From Candidatus Binatia bacterium (GTDB lineage Bacteria; Desulfobacterota; Binatia; HRBIN30): 64,000 nt of DNA. The notes beneath the pieces are model-generated. The model did not search any database, was not told the origin of the DNA, and was given only the letters and a program-made list of their open reading frames with translations. A program made the position numbers and the translations under genes. Location: the NCBI GenBank assembly GCA_038245295.1, contig JBBRSP010000007.1:96001-160000 (forward strand). The letters are read 5' to 3'. This document shows, piece after piece, positions 10,659-21,703 of the stretch. Numbering within the stretch: position 1 is the stretch's first letter; every line of letters begins with the position of its first letter.

Positions 10659-12296
10659 GTGCGCGTGCGACTCGTATCCGGATTTATCGCCCTCTCTTGC
10701 CTGCTGTCGATCGGTACTGCGGCCACGCCGTGCCGCGCCGACGACGCGGCGCTGGCGGCTGGGATAGAGGGTCTCAAGAGTTCGGACTTCGAAACCAAGG
10801 GCGAGGCGGTAGACCAGATCGCCGAGAGCGGGGCCGATCGCGCCCGCGTTGTCCTGGGGGCGCTGCTCGAGGGGCGACTGTATCTCCACCCCTCCGACGA
10901 CGTTGCCGTCATTGCCTCCGAAGGTCAGTCGCGCTTCGAGATCGCCGACGCACTGACCGGCGCTGCCCTCGGCAATATCGAGAAGGATGACGTCAAGAAG
11001 ATCGTCATCAACAATCAGATGCGCGGCGGTCTGCGCATTGTCCTGGCGCGTTTGAGCCTGCGCGCCAGCGATTCCACCGTCCGACGGCTGGCGGTCGAGT
11101 CGCTTTTCGGATCGCTCACGGACGAAACCCTGGCTTTGCTGCGCGAAGCACTCTTGGTGGAGACAAACCCCGCCGTACAGACCTCACTGCGCACGGCACT
11201 GGCGCTGGCCGACATGGACTCGAAAGATCTCGAACGCCGCCGCGCCGCCATCGAAACTCTGGGGCAGAGCATGCATTCGGAGGCGCGCACGCGCCTGGCG
11301 GCCCTGCTCGAGAACGACGCGAGCGGTGCGCCGCGTGAGCCCGACGACGACCTGCGCCACGCCGCGGCCCTGGCGGTGACACACATCGACGACATGCGCA
11401 CGTTCTACGGCCTGATCGAGACCATGTTCTTCGGCTTGAGCCTCGGCTTCGTGCTGGTGTTGGCAGCGACCGGCCTGGCGATCACCTTCGGGGTCATGGG
11501 CGTGATCAATATGGCGCACGGCGAGCTCATGATGCTCGGCGCCTACGCAACCTGGGTGGTGCAGCAAGCGATGCCGGAGCACCTCGAGTTGTCGCTCTTC
11601 GCCGCCATCCCAGTTGCCTTCCTGGTCTCGGCCGCGGTCGGCGTCGCCATTGAACGCGGCGTGGTGCGCTTTCTCTATGGGCGCCCCCTAGAAACACTGC
11701 TCGCAACATTCGGGATCAGCCTGGTCCTGCAACAAACCGTCCGCTCGGTATTCTCGCCACTCAATCGCGCCGTCGCGACGCCGGCTTGGATGAGCGGACA
11801 GCTCGTGGTGAACGACGCGCTTGGCATCACCTACAACCGTCTCTACATCATTGTGTTCAGCATTGCGGTCTTCCTCTCCCTGGTGGCGCTGTTGCGCTAT
11901 TCGACACTCGGCTTGCAGGTACGCGCGGTCGCCCAGAATCGCGCCATGGCGCGCGCCATGGGGATACGTGCCGGCTGGATCGACGCGATCACGTTTGGTC
12001 TCGGCTCGGGTGTGGCCGGACTTGCCGGCGTGGCGTTGAGTCAGCTGACCAACGTCGGACCAAACCTCGGCCAGGCGCACATCGTCGATTCGTTCATGGT
12101 CGTCGTGTTCGGCGGGGTGGGAAATCTATGGGGCACGCTGGTTGCCGGACTGTCTCTCGGCATCGCCAACAAGTTTCTCGAACCCTACGCCGGCGCGGTG
12201 CTGGCAAAGATTTTCGTTCTCGTGTTCATCATCCTTTTCATCCAGAAGCGACCGCGTGGGTTGTTCCCCCACCGTGGTCGTTCCGCGGAGGGTTGA
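10659..12296 (+). CDS. urtB: urea ABC transporter permease UrtB with N-terminal periplasmic helical domain
   Basis: GLAITFGVMGVINMAHGE, LYGRPLETLLATFG and FIQKRPRGLF. Confidence 0.93.
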   Translation: MRVRLVSGFIALSCLLSIGTAATPCRADDAALAAGIEGLKSSDFETKGEAVDQIAESGADRARVVLGALLEGRLYLHPSDDVAVIASEGQSRFEIADALTGAALGNIEKDDVKKIVINNQMRGGLRIVLARLSLRASDSTVRRLAVESLFGSLTDETLALLREALLVETNPAVQTSLRTALALADMDSKDLERRRAAIETLGQSMHSEARTRLAALLENDASGAPREPDDDLRHAAALAVTHIDDMRTFYGLIETMFFGLSLGFVLVLAATGLAITFGVMGVINMAHGELMMLGAYATWVVQQAMPEHLELSLFAAIPVAFLVSAAVGVAIERGVVRFLYGRPLETLLATFGISLVLQQTVRSVFSPLNRAVATPAWMSGQLVVNDALGITYNRLYIIVFSIAVFLSLVALLRYSTLGLQVRAVAQNRAMARAMGIRAGWIDAITFGLGSGVAGLAGVALSQLTNVGPNLGQAHIVDSFMVVVFGGVGNLWGTLVAGLSLGIANKFLEPYAGAVLAKIFVLVFIILFIQKRPRGLFPHRGRSAEG

Positions 12297-12297
12297 T

Positions 12298-13392
12298 ATG
12301 TTGGCAACCTTACGCGCCCGTCTTTCGCTCCCCGACGTCGCCGTCCTCGGCATTCTCGCCGCGCTGGCGATCGCCGTGCCGCTGCTCAACCTGGTGACAC
12401 CGCACGATTCGGCGCTGCACATGTCGACCTTCACCGTCACGCTGCTCGGCAAGTACCTTTGTTACGCGCTGCTGGCGTTGGCCGTCGATCTCGTCTGGGG
12501 CTACTGCGGCATCCTGAGCCTCGGCCACGGCGCCTTCTTCGCACTCGGTGGCTACGCCATGGGCATGTATCTGATGCGACAGATCGGCGATCGCGGCGTT
12601 TACGGCAATCCGCTGCTGCCCGACTTCATGGTCTTCCTCAATTGGCCGGCGCTGCCGTGGTACTGGTGGGGCTCGTCGAGCTTCGTGTTTGCCATGACCC
12701 TCGTCGTCGTCGTGCCGGCGCTGCTGGCGCTGGTGTTCGGATGGTTCGCGTTCCGCTCACGCGTCACCGGGGTCTACCTGTCGATCATCACGCAAGCCAT
12801 GACCTACGCCCTACTGCTGGCGTTCTTCCGCAATGAGATGGGCTTCGGCGGCAACAACGGACTGACCGATTTCAAGGAGCTGCTTGGATTCAGCCTGCAT
12901 GCCGATGCGACACGTGTGGCATTGTTCGTCATCACGGCGGGATTCCTCGGGTTGGCATACGTCGGTTGCCGGGCCATTTCCGCCTCGCGGTTTGGACGGA
13001 TTGTCGTGGCGATCCGCGATGCGGAGGATCGAGCGCGATTCCTCGGGTATCGCGTCGAATACTTCAAGACATGGATCTTCGTCGTCTCGGCAATCCTCGC
13101 GGCAATCGCCGGAGCACTGTACGTGCCGCAAATCGGCATCATCAATCCCGGTGAGTTCGCGCCACTGACCTCGATTGAGCTGGTCATCTGGGTCGCCATC
13201 GGCGGCCGTGGCACACTCTACGGCGCCATCCTGGGCGCGGTGTTGGTCAACTTCGCCAAGACCCAGTTTACCGGCATCCTGCCCGAGGCGTGGCTGTTCG
13301 TGCTCGGTGCCTTATTTGTCTTCGTCACGCTCTTCCTGCCTTCCGGAATCGTCGGCCTCGGCCGGCGCTGGGCCCCGGAGGAAGCGTCATGA
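12298..13392 (+). CDS. urtC: urea ABC transporter permease UrtC
   Basis: DLVWGYCGILSLGHG, LPDFMVFLNW, FRSRVTGVYLSIITQA and GFGGNNGLTDFK. Confidence 0.93.
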   Translation: MLATLRARLSLPDVAVLGILAALAIAVPLLNLVTPHDSALHMSTFTVTLLGKYLCYALLALAVDLVWGYCGILSLGHGAFFALGGYAMGMYLMRQIGDRGVYGNPLLPDFMVFLNWPALPWYWWGSSSFVFAMTLVVVVPALLALVFGWFAFRSRVTGVYLSIITQAMTYALLLAFFRNEMGFGGNNGLTDFKELLGFSLHADATRVALFVITAGFLGLAYVGCRAISASRFGRIVVAIRDAEDRARFLGYRVEYFKTWIFVVSAILAAIAGALYVPQIGIINPGEFAPLTSIELVIWVAIGGRGTLYGAILGAVLVNFAKTQFTGILPEAWLFVLGALFVFVTLFLPSGIVGLGRRWAPEEAS

Positions 13393-14201
13393 ACGCCGCG
13401 ATCCGCGAGCCCAACGACGCCACCGTGGAATCCGAAGCGACACCAGCCAACCTGGATGTGCTGCACGGGTCGATCCTCTACCTCGAAGGCATCACCGTCA
13501 GCTTCGATGGCTTCCGAGCCCTGAACGATCTGAGCTTGTACATCGAACGTGGCGAGTTGCGCTGCATCATCGGACCCAACGGAGCCGGCAAGAGTACGAT
13601 GATGGATGTGGTGACCGGCAAGACACGGCCCGACCTCGGCAGCGCCTTCTTTGACCGCAACACCAACCTGCTCGCCTTGAGCGAGCCGGAAATCGTCAAG
13701 GCCGGGATCGGCCGCAAGTTTCAGAAACCGACGGTGTTCGAGCAGCTACCGGTGTTCGTCAACCTCGAGCTCGCCATGCGGGCCGACAAGGGCGTGTGGG
13801 CAACGTTGTTCGCGCGCTTAAGCGGCGAGCAACGCGACCGCATCGATGCCGTGCTCGAGACAATCGGGCTGCTCGAGTCGCGTCACCGCCGCGCCGGAGC
13901 CCTGTCGCACGGTCAGAAGCAATGGCTGGAGATCGGCATGCTGCTCATGCAGGAGCCGCAACTCATGTTGGTCGACGAGCCGGTTGCCGGCATGACGCAT
14001 CAGGAGACAGAGCGTACAGCCGAGCTCCTCGTCTCACTCGCCGGCGAACGCTCGGTCGTCGTCGTCGAACACGACATGGAGTTCGTCCGCTCGATTGCCC
14101 GCCGGGTCACGGTTCTTCACGAAGGACACGTGCTCGCCGAAGGCGACATGGACGCTGTGCAAAACGACCAGAAGGTCATCGAAGTCTATCTGGGGGCGTG
14201 A
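13389..14201 (+). CDS. urtD: urea ABC transporter ATP-binding protein UrtD
   Basis: Walker A GPNGAGKS, GIGRKFQKP and LSHGQKQWLEIGM; ATGA overlap with urtC. Confidence 0.93.
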   Translation: MNAAIREPNDATVESEATPANLDVLHGSILYLEGITVSFDGFRALNDLSLYIERGELRCIIGPNGAGKSTMMDVVTGKTRPDLGSAFFDRNTNLLALSEPEIVKAGIGRKFQKPTVFEQLPVFVNLELAMRADKGVWATLFARLSGEQRDRIDAVLETIGLLESRHRRAGALSHGQKQWLEIGMLLMQEPQLMLVDEPVAGMTHQETERTAELLVSLAGERSVVVVEHDMEFVRSIARRVTVLHEGHVLAEGDMDAVQNDQKVIEVYLGA

Positions 14202-14899
14202 TGCTGAGCCTGCAGGGTATCAATCAATTCTACGGCGAGAGTCACACGTTGTGGGACCTCGCTCTCGAGGTCCCTACCGGCTCGTGCACATGCCTGATGG
14301 GCCGCAACGGCGTCGGCAAGACGACGACACTGAAATGCATCATGGGGCTGCTGTCGTTGCGCGGTGGCGAGATCCGCTTCGAGGACACGCTGCTGTCGGC
14401 CCAACCGGCCGAGGCACGCGCCCGCATCGGTATCGGCTACGTGCCGCAGGGACGCGAGATTTTCCCGCGCCTTAGCGTCGACGAGAACCTGCGTATCGGC
14501 TTGGCCGTCAACCGCCGCCCCAGCGCCCGCCGCGCCTACGATCGCGTGCTCGAAACCTTCCCGATGTTGCGCCAGATGTTGCGCCGCCGCGGCGGTGATC
14601 TCTCGGGCGGCCAGCAACAGCAGCTCGCCATCGGGCGGGCGCTCATTCTGGAACCGCGCCTGCTGATCCTCGATGAACCGACGGAAGGCATCCAACCGAA
14701 TATCGTTCACGAGATCGGCGACACTATCGTCAAGCTCAACCGTGAGCTGGAGATGACGGTCCTGCTGGTAGAGCAGAAGTTGCCGCTGGCGCGCCGTGTT
14801 GCCGATCGATTTTACGTGTTAGACAAAGGCCGCGCTGTGGCGGCCGGAGCGATGAACGAGCTCGATGACGCCTTGGTGCGCCGCTACTTGACCGTATGA
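14201..14899 (+). CDS. urtE: urea ABC transporter ATP-binding protein UrtE
   Basis: GRNGVGKT, YVPQGREIF, LSGGQQQQL and LDEPTEGIQP; TGATG overlap with urtD. Confidence 0.93.
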   Translation: MLSLQGINQFYGESHTLWDLALEVPTGSCTCLMGRNGVGKTTTLKCIMGLLSLRGGEIRFEDTLLSAQPAEARARIGIGYVPQGREIFPRLSVDENLRIGLAVNRRPSARRAYDRVLETFPMLRQMLRRRGGDLSGGQQQQLAIGRALILEPRLLILDEPTEGIQPNIVHEIGDTIVKLNRELEMTVLLVEQKLPLARRVADRFYVLDKGRAVAAGAMNELDDALVRRYLTV

Positions 14900-14902
14900 G
14901 GA

Positions 14903-15757
14903 GTGTGGGTGACCGGCGCGAACGATGTCTCTGGCGTGGTCGACGGCCGCGACGCCGCGGGTTGGCGCGCCGAACTGGCGCTGCGCTTCGCGTACCGGCG
15001 CGAACGCACCGTGCTGGCAGATCGGCACCAACGCGGCCCACTCCTGGTCCAGCGCCCGTTCTATCCCGAGGCCGATGGCATCTGTCACACATACCTGCTG
15101 CACCCGCCGGCCGGAATTGTCGGCGGCGACCGGTTGCGAGTCAGCGTCGATCTCGAGGCCGGAGCGCACGCCCTGGTGACAACGCCGGCAGCAACGCGCT
15201 GGTATTTCAGCCGCGGGCGCGAAGCACAGATTGTCCAGTACGCGCGCCTCGCCGAAGCGGCGACCCTCGAGTGGTTGCCGCAGGAGACACTCCTGTTCGA
15301 CGGCGCCCATGCGCGTTTGACGACGCGTATCGATCTCGAAGGCGACGCACGCTTCTGCGGCTGGGAGATTCTCGGCCTCGGTCGCCCGGCTTGTGGCGAG
15401 GAGTTTTACAACGGCCGGCTCGATTTTCGCTTCGAAGTGTTTCGGCATGGACAGCCGCTGCTCCTCGAACGCCTGCGCGGCGGACCAGGCGGGGTGGCGG
15501 GACTACGCGGCTACCCCGCCTGTGCGACATTCATCGCGACAGGCGCAAACACAACGGCGCTCGAACGGGCGCGCGAAATTCTCGGCGCAGCGCCCGACGC
15601 ACTTTGCGGGGCGACATTGATCGACAGCCTTCTCGTGGCCCGCGGCTTGGCGCCATGCTGCGAACCGCTGATGACCGCATTTTCGGAGTTATGGTCGGCG
15701 CTGCGTCCGCTGCTCCTGGGACGGGCCGCCATGCCACCGCGCATCTGGCGCACATAA
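14903..15757 (+). CDS. ureD: urease accessory protein UreD
   Basis: [31 protein letters not shown] and C-terminal PRIWRT. Start approximate. Confidence 0.92.
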   Translation: MWVTGANDVSGVVDGRDAAGWRAELALRFAYRRERTVLADRHQRGPLLVQRPFYPEADGICHTYLLHPPAGIVGGDRLRVSVDLEAGAHALVTTPAATRWYFSRGREAQIVQYARLAEAATLEWLPQETLLFDGAHARLTTRIDLEGDARFCGWEILGLGRPACGEEFYNGRLDFRFEVFRHGQPLLLERLRGGPGGVAGLRGYPACATFIATGANTTALERAREILGAAPDALCGATLIDSLLVARGLAPCCEPLMTAFSELWSALRPLLLGRAAMPPRIWRT

Positions 15758-15770
15758 GGAGGAACCTTCG

Positions 15771-16073
15771 ATGGAGCTTTCACCACGCGAGAAAGACAAG
15801 TTGCTCCTGTTCACCGCGGCGCTCGTCGCCGAACGCCGGCGCGCCCGCGGGCTCAAGCTCAATTACCCCGAGGCTATTGCCCTGATCAGCGCCGACATCC
15901 TCGAGGGAGCGCGTGATGGCTTGTCGGTCGCCGAGCTGATGAATCGCGGCCGCACCGTGCTCGGTGTCGATGACGTGATGGATGGAGTCGCCGAGATGAT
16001 CCACGAAGTGCAGGTCGAGGCGACTTTCCCGGACGGGACCAAGCTGGTCACGGTCCATGATCCAATCCAATGA
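15771..16073 (+). CDS. ureA: urease subunit gamma
   Basis: [11 protein letters not shown]...LNYPEA...[23 protein letters not shown]. Confidence 0.97.
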   Translation: MELSPREKDKLLLFTAALVAERRRARGLKLNYPEAIALISADILEGARDGLSVAELMNRGRTVLGVDDVMDGVAEMIHEVQVEATFPDGTKLVTVHDPIQ

Positions 16074-16076
16074 GCG

Positions 16077-16196
16077 CACCCTCACCCCGACCCTCTCCCG
16101 CCTGCGAGTTTTCCGGATTCGGCGGGAGAGGGAGAATCTCCCCTCTCCCACTCCGAGTGGATTCGGCGGCGGTGGGAGAGGGTTAGGGTGAGGGTG
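16077..16196. repeat. composite palindromic REP/MITE-like element (ccctcacccc-ccctctccc family) between ureA and ureB
   Basis: Terminal inverted caccctcaccc / gggtgagggtg enclosing two ccctctccc...gggagaggg hairpins. Confidence 0.85.
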
Positions 16197-16225
16197 CGTT
16201 GCTGTTCCGAACGAGAGGACCGCAT

Positions 16226-16543
16226 ATGAACCCAGGCGAAGTGTTCACGGCAGATTCCGAGATTACCCTAAACGTCGGACGCCCGACGTGTGTCGTCGCG
16301 GTTGCCAACACCGGCGATCGGCCAATCCAGGTGGGCTCGCATTACCACTTCTTCGAGACGAACCCGGCGCTGGCCTTCGACCGCCCGCTGACGCGCGGCT
16401 TCCGCCTCAACATCCCGGCCGGCACGGCCATCCGCTTCGAGCCGGGCCAGACCCGCACGGTCGAGTTGGTGGCCTATGCCGGCGCGCGGCGCGTTTATGG
16501 CTTTCGTGCCGCGGTCACGGGCCCGCTGGAGGGGAAGCCATGA
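16226..16543 (+). CDS. ureB: urease subunit beta
   Basis: [17 protein letters not shown] and [15 protein letters not shown]. Confidence 0.97.
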   Translation: MNPGEVFTADSEITLNVGRPTCVVAVANTGDRPIQVGSHYHFFETNPALAFDRPLTRGFRLNIPAGTAIRFEPGQTRTVELVAYAGARRVYGFRAAVTGPLEGKP

Positions 16544-18243
16544 GAAGCTTGTCACGCCGCGCCTACGCCGAGCTCTACGGGCCGACGACCGGTGATCGCA
16601 TCCGGCTCGCCGACACCGAGCTCATCATCGAGGTCGAACGCGACTATGCCACCTATGGCGAAGAAGTAACCTTCGGCGGCGGCAAGGTCATTCGCGACGG
16701 CATGGGGCAGAGCCAACAAACGAACGCGACGGCGGTCGATCTGGTTCTCACCAATGCTCTGATCATCGATCACTGGGGCATCGTCAAAGCCGACATCGGC
16801 ATCAAGAACGGGCGTATCGCCGGCATCGGCAAGGCCGGCAATCCCGACGTGCAACCGGGCGTCGACATCATCATCGGACCGGGCACCGAGATCATCGCGG
16901 CAGAGGGCCAGATCGTCACCGCCGGAGCGATCGACTCACACATTCATTTCATCTGCCCACAGCAGGTCGAGGATGCGTTGATGTCGGGCGTCACGACGAT
17001 GATCGGTGGTGGTACCGGTCCGGCAACCGGCACCAACGCCACAACCTGCACACCGGGCCCGTGGTATCTGCATCGCATGCTGCAGGCTGCCGATGCGTTG
17101 CCGATGAATCTCGGCTTCCTGGGTAAAGGCAACGCGAGCCTCCCCGAAGGACTCGAAGAGCAGATCGCCGCGGGGGCGATGGGTCTGAAGTTGCACGAGG
17201 ATTGGGGCACGACACCAGCGGCGATCGACAACTGCCTCGCCGTCGCCGAGCGCCATGACGTGCAGGTGGCGATTCACACCGACACACTGAACGAGTCGGG
17301 CTTCGTCGAAGACACAGTCACCGCGTTCAAAGGCAGAACCATCCACACGTATCACACCGAAGGCGCCGGCGGCGGCCACGCACCCGACATCATCAAGGTG
17401 TGCGGCGAGGCGAATGTCTTGCCCTCGAGCACCAACCCGACGCGGCCGTACACGGTCAACACGATTGACGAGCATCTCGACATGCTCATGGTCTGCCATC
17501 ACTTGTCGCCATCGATTCCCGAGGATGTCGCGTTCGCCGAGTCGCGCATTCGCCGCGAGACGATCGCCGCCGAGGACATCCTGCACGACCTCGGGGCCTT
17601 CTCGATGATCTCCTCAGATTCGCAAGCGATGGGGCGCGTCGGCGAAGTCATCACGCGCACCTGGCAGACGGCGCACAAGATGAAGGTGCAGCGCGGCAGC
17701 CTGGCCGGCGATCCGTCGACGCACGACAACACACGCGTCAAACGCTACATCGCCAAGTACACGATCAATCCGGCCATCACCCACGGCGTCGCGCATGAGG
17801 TTGGCTCCATCGCGCTGGGGCGCCTTGCTGACCTTGTTCTCTGGAAGCCGGCATTCTTCGGGGTCAAGCCGAGTCTGATCCTCAAAGGCGGCATGTTGGT
17901 CGCAGCCGCGATGGGTGATCCGAATGCGTCGATCCCGACGCCGCAGCCTGTCCACTACCGACCGATGTTCGGCGCCCTCGGCGGAGCGCGCAACGCGACG
18001 TGTATGAGCTTCCTTTCGCAAGCAGCCATCGCCGCTGGCGTGCCGCAGGAACTTGGGCTGCGCAACCGCATCGGCGCCGTGCAGGGGACGCGCAAGATCG
18101 GCAAGGCCGACCTGATCCACAATCACTATCAACCGCGTATCGAGGTGGACGCGCGAACCTATGAGGTGCGGGCCGACGGGGAGCTATTGACCTGCGAGCC
18201 GGCTCGCGAGCTGCCGATGGCGCAGCGCTACTTTCTCTTTTGA
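16540..18243 (+). CDS. ureC: urease subunit alpha
   Basis: [12 protein letters not shown]; Ni ligands [31 protein letters not shown] and [14 protein letters not shown] flap. Confidence 0.98.
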   Translation: MRSLSRRAYAELYGPTTGDRIRLADTELIIEVERDYATYGEEVTFGGGKVIRDGMGQSQQTNATAVDLVLTNALIIDHWGIVKADIGIKNGRIAGIGKAGNPDVQPGVDIIIGPGTEIIAAEGQIVTAGAIDSHIHFICPQQVEDALMSGVTTMIGGGTGPATGTNATTCTPGPWYLHRMLQAADALPMNLGFLGKGNASLPEGLEEQIAAGAMGLKLHEDWGTTPAAIDNCLAVAERHDVQVAIHTDTLNESGFVEDTVTAFKGRTIHTYHTEGAGGGHAPDIIKVCGEANVLPSSTNPTRPYTVNTIDEHLDMLMVCHHLSPSIPEDVAFAESRIRRETIAAEDILHDLGAFSMISSDSQAMGRVGEVITRTWQTAHKMKVQRGSLAGDPSTHDNTRVKRYIAKYTINPAITHGVAHEVGSIALGRLADLVLWKPAFFGVKPSLILKGGMLVAAAMGDPNASIPTPQPVHYRPMFGALGGARNATCMSFLSQAAIAAGVPQELGLRNRIGAVQGTRKIGKADLIHNHYQPRIEVDARTYEVRADGELLTCEPARELPMAQRYFLF

Positions 18244-18254
18244 GGCGTTGCGCC

Positions 18255-18734
18255 ATGATTGAGCTCATCGAGAAATTCAAAGGTGCGGGTGAGGCGGGCG
18301 ACAACGTCACCTTGCCGTATGAATTGCGTCAGCGCAGCCGCCAGCGGCTGCGCCTCGACAGTGGCCGCGAGGCTGCCCTGTTGTTGCCGCACGGCACGGT
18401 GCTCGACGACGGGGATTACCTACGTGCGGCGGACGGGACAACCGTGAAGGTCGCCGCGGCAATCGAAACCATTGCCATCGGGCGTACCGCCGATCCGTTG
18501 CGTCTGGCGCGGGCCTGTTATCACCTCGGCAACCGCCACGTACCGCTGCAGGTTGGCGATGGTTGGATCGGGCATCAGGTGGATCACGTGCTGGAGGAAA
18601 TGGTTCGCGGCCTCGGACTGATGGTTACCCATGAGTCGGTTTGCTTCCAACCCGAACGCGGCGCCTACGACGGTCATGCGCACGCCCATCCCCACGACAG
18701 TGGCGGCCCGCACTCGCACGGACACCACCATTGA
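18255..18734 (+). CDS. ureE: urease accessory nickel chaperone UreE
   Basis: CYHLGNRHVP, DHVL and a His-rich C-terminal tail. Confidence 0.93.
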   Translation: MIELIEKFKGAGEAGDNVTLPYELRQRSRQRLRLDSGREAALLLPHGTVLDDGDYLRAADGTTVKVAAAIETIAIGRTADPLRLARACYHLGNRHVPLQVGDGWIGHQVDHVLEEMVRGLGLMVTHESVCFQPERGAYDGHAHAHPHDSGGPHSHGHHH

Positions 18735-19414
18735 AGGAGATCCCGGCAGATCTCACCCTGTTGCGCCTGCTCCAGCTGGCAAGCCCGGGGTTGCCCGTCG
18801 GTGCCTATGCCTTCTCGCAAGGACTTGAGTGGGCGGTCGCCGCTGGTTGGGTGAGTGACGAAGCGTCTCTGGCGAGTTGGCTCGCCGATCAGCTGACGCA
18901 TTCGTTCGGCAGCGTCGACGTACCGCTGTTGGCGCGTTTGTACGATGCGGCGCGGCGAGCCGATGACGCGGCGATGATGTCGTGGAGCCGGCAGCTGATG
19001 GCGCGTCGCGAGACGCGTGAGTTCGTCGCCGACGATTGCGAACGCGGGCGAGCCCTGGCGCGGCTGCTGCGTGATCTCGGGATTGCCGAGGCGCGTCCTT
19101 GGGTGACGCGCCGGGATGTGCCGTTCGCGGCGCTCGCGGCAATCGCGGCGGTGGCATGGGACATTCCGTTGGCAGCAACCGCGGCGGCCCTAGCTTGGGG
19201 TTGGCTCGAAAATCAGGTACTCGCCGGCGTGAAGTTGATCCCCCTCGGCCAGGTCGCCGGGCAGCGCTTGCTTCTGCAACTAACTCCACGCATCCCGACG
19301 GTTTGCGCCGACGGCCTGGCGCGCGGCGACGATGATATCGGCGGCACCTTGCCGATCGTCGCACTTGCCAGCAGTTTGCATGAGACGCAGTACACACGGT
19401 TGTTTCGGTCATGA
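18731..19414 (+). CDS. ureF: urease accessory protein UreF
   Basis: LLQLASPGLPVGAYAFSQGLE and HETQYTRLFRS; TTG start overlaps the ureE stop. Confidence 0.93.
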   Translation: MKEIPADLTLLRLLQLASPGLPVGAYAFSQGLEWAVAAGWVSDEASLASWLADQLTHSFGSVDVPLLARLYDAARRADDAAMMSWSRQLMARRETREFVADDCERGRALARLLRDLGIAEARPWVTRRDVPFAALAAIAAVAWDIPLAATAAALAWGWLENQVLAGVKLIPLGQVAGQRLLLQLTPRIPTVCADGLARGDDDIGGTLPIVALASSLHETQYTRLFRS

Positions 19415-19474
19415 CGCACTCGGCGTTGACGGAGCAATTGATGACCTGCGTTTCCCGGAACAAGACGAACCAGC

Positions 19475-19612
19475 ATCTCCCCTCTCCCACATCGAGTGGA
19501 ATCGCGGTCCGTGGGAGAAGGTTAGGGTGAGGGCACGTCGGCGGTTCCGTCCAGACTCCCCTCACCCCAACCCCCTCCCCGCGGTGTGGATTCCATTCGA
19601 GCGGGGCCAGGG
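19475..19612. repeat. second composite element of the ccctctccc family, between ureF and ureG
   Basis: atctcccctctcccacatcgagtggaatc...gtgggagaaggttagggtgaggg closely matches 16136-16196 and is followed by an oppositely oriented half (ccctcaccccaaccccctcccc...). Confidence 0.8.
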
Positions 19613-19636
19613 AACCTGGCGAAGGAGACATGATCG

Positions 19637-20262
<626 letters not shown>

Positions 20263-20266
<4 letters not shown>

Positions 20267-20934
20267 ATGTCCGTCGATCGACGACTGCCAATAACCAATC
20301 GGTTGGCATTCGAGTTCCTGTTGTCCAACCGTGGATCGTCGCTGTGAGCGTGATGCTCCTCGCCGGGTGCGCCAACGTCACCTTCAAGCCCGGTGCCTCC
20401 GGAGAGGCGATGGGTGCCGACGAGCGCGCCTGTCGCGCCTCCAGCACGACCGACGCGGACTACGCGCAATGTATGCGGTCGCGTGGCTCGTATGTCGTCG
20501 GTGGCGGTTCGGAATCTACGCCGACACCGAAGATCGATCGGCCTGCGGCAACGCCGGCCTTGGGTAAACCCGAAAGGTCGGCAGGCACCCCCGCGGCGGC
20601 GACCGGCACCACCCCCGCGGCAGCGATACCGGCCGCCGCGAGCGCCCCGAACGCCGCTGTCGCGCCGCCTCCGTCACCCGCGGTCACACCGCCGCCGGCG
20701 GCCGAAGCGGAGCCAACGGCCGCAGCCGAGCCCGTTGACCCGTTGGAGAAGACTGCGGTCGGCAGTTGGTGGAGTATCGGCGGCACCACCAGCGATCTCG
20801 ATCGCGCCATCGCCGCCTGTGTCAAGAAACTCGGCGACGCACATCGCCCAAATTCCGGTGCGACCGTGGTCACCGTCGGTCTGCGCGATTGCCTACGCGA
20901 AGCCGGCTGGCGAGCCGTCAAGGCGGTGCCGTAA
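20263..20934 (+). CDS. hypothetical lipoprotein with Pro/Ala-rich linker
   Basis: ATGA overlap with the ureG stop; lipobox LLAGC; two Cys-pair modules separated by a PA-rich linker. Confidence 0.7.
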
Positions 20935-21059
20935 TCTATCGCGCTTCCCCGACGAGGACGGCAAAGCCGCGCCATCGCCCCTAGCTCGCTGGCGGCGCTG
21001 ACGACGGAGACGTGCCCGCGGCAAACCGACAATCACCGGCGCCCCGGGCATATCGATTC

Positions 21060-21640
21060 TTGTCGGGCCGGGGCACAAACAGCTGACATGCACACCGCTG
21101 CCTTCCGCTTCCTTCCACAACGCTTCCGAGAACGACAAGACAAACGCTTTCGACGCGTAGTAGATGGCCATCAGCGGGCCGGGTTGGAACGACGCAAGGG
21201 AGGCGACATTCAGAACACCGCCACGCTTGTTGGCGAGCATACGCGGCCAGTAGATGTGGGTTAGTTCCGCCAGCGCCCGATCGTTGAGGTCGATCATGCC
21301 GAGTTGGCTGGGGCGATCGGATCCCTCAAAGGACCCGGCGATGCCGTAACCGGCATTGTTGACCAATACATCGACCGCAAGGCCGCGCTTGGCGATCTCC
21401 GCGGCCAGTGTCTCACCACCTCCGGGCGTGCCCAGGTCGCCGGGAACGGGCGTCGCTTTGATACCGTACTCGGTGGAAAGACGTGTCGCCACCTCCTTCA
21501 ACGCAGCCTCGGAACGCGCCGTGAGAATGAGGTCGTAGCCGTCCTTCGCGAAGCATTCCGCAAGATCGACGCCGATCCCCATACTGGCTTCGGTGATCAG
21601 TGCTGTCTGGCCTTGGCCTGGTCCGTTCTGTGCCGTCCAT
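21060..21640 (-). pseudogene. degraded short-chain dehydrogenase (DltE-like SDR)
   Basis: The ATG at 21640 is out of frame with TAQNGPGQGQTALITEASMGIG. TG of the Rossmann motif reads TE. NNAG and YYASK are retained. SDR-like sequence ends abruptly after CPGPT. Confidence 0.65.
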
Positions 21641-21703
21641 GTCTCCTGCGGGGGTGCCCTCTGAACTGATAGACGCGGAAATCGCGGCCCACCGAGCAGC
21701 TAT

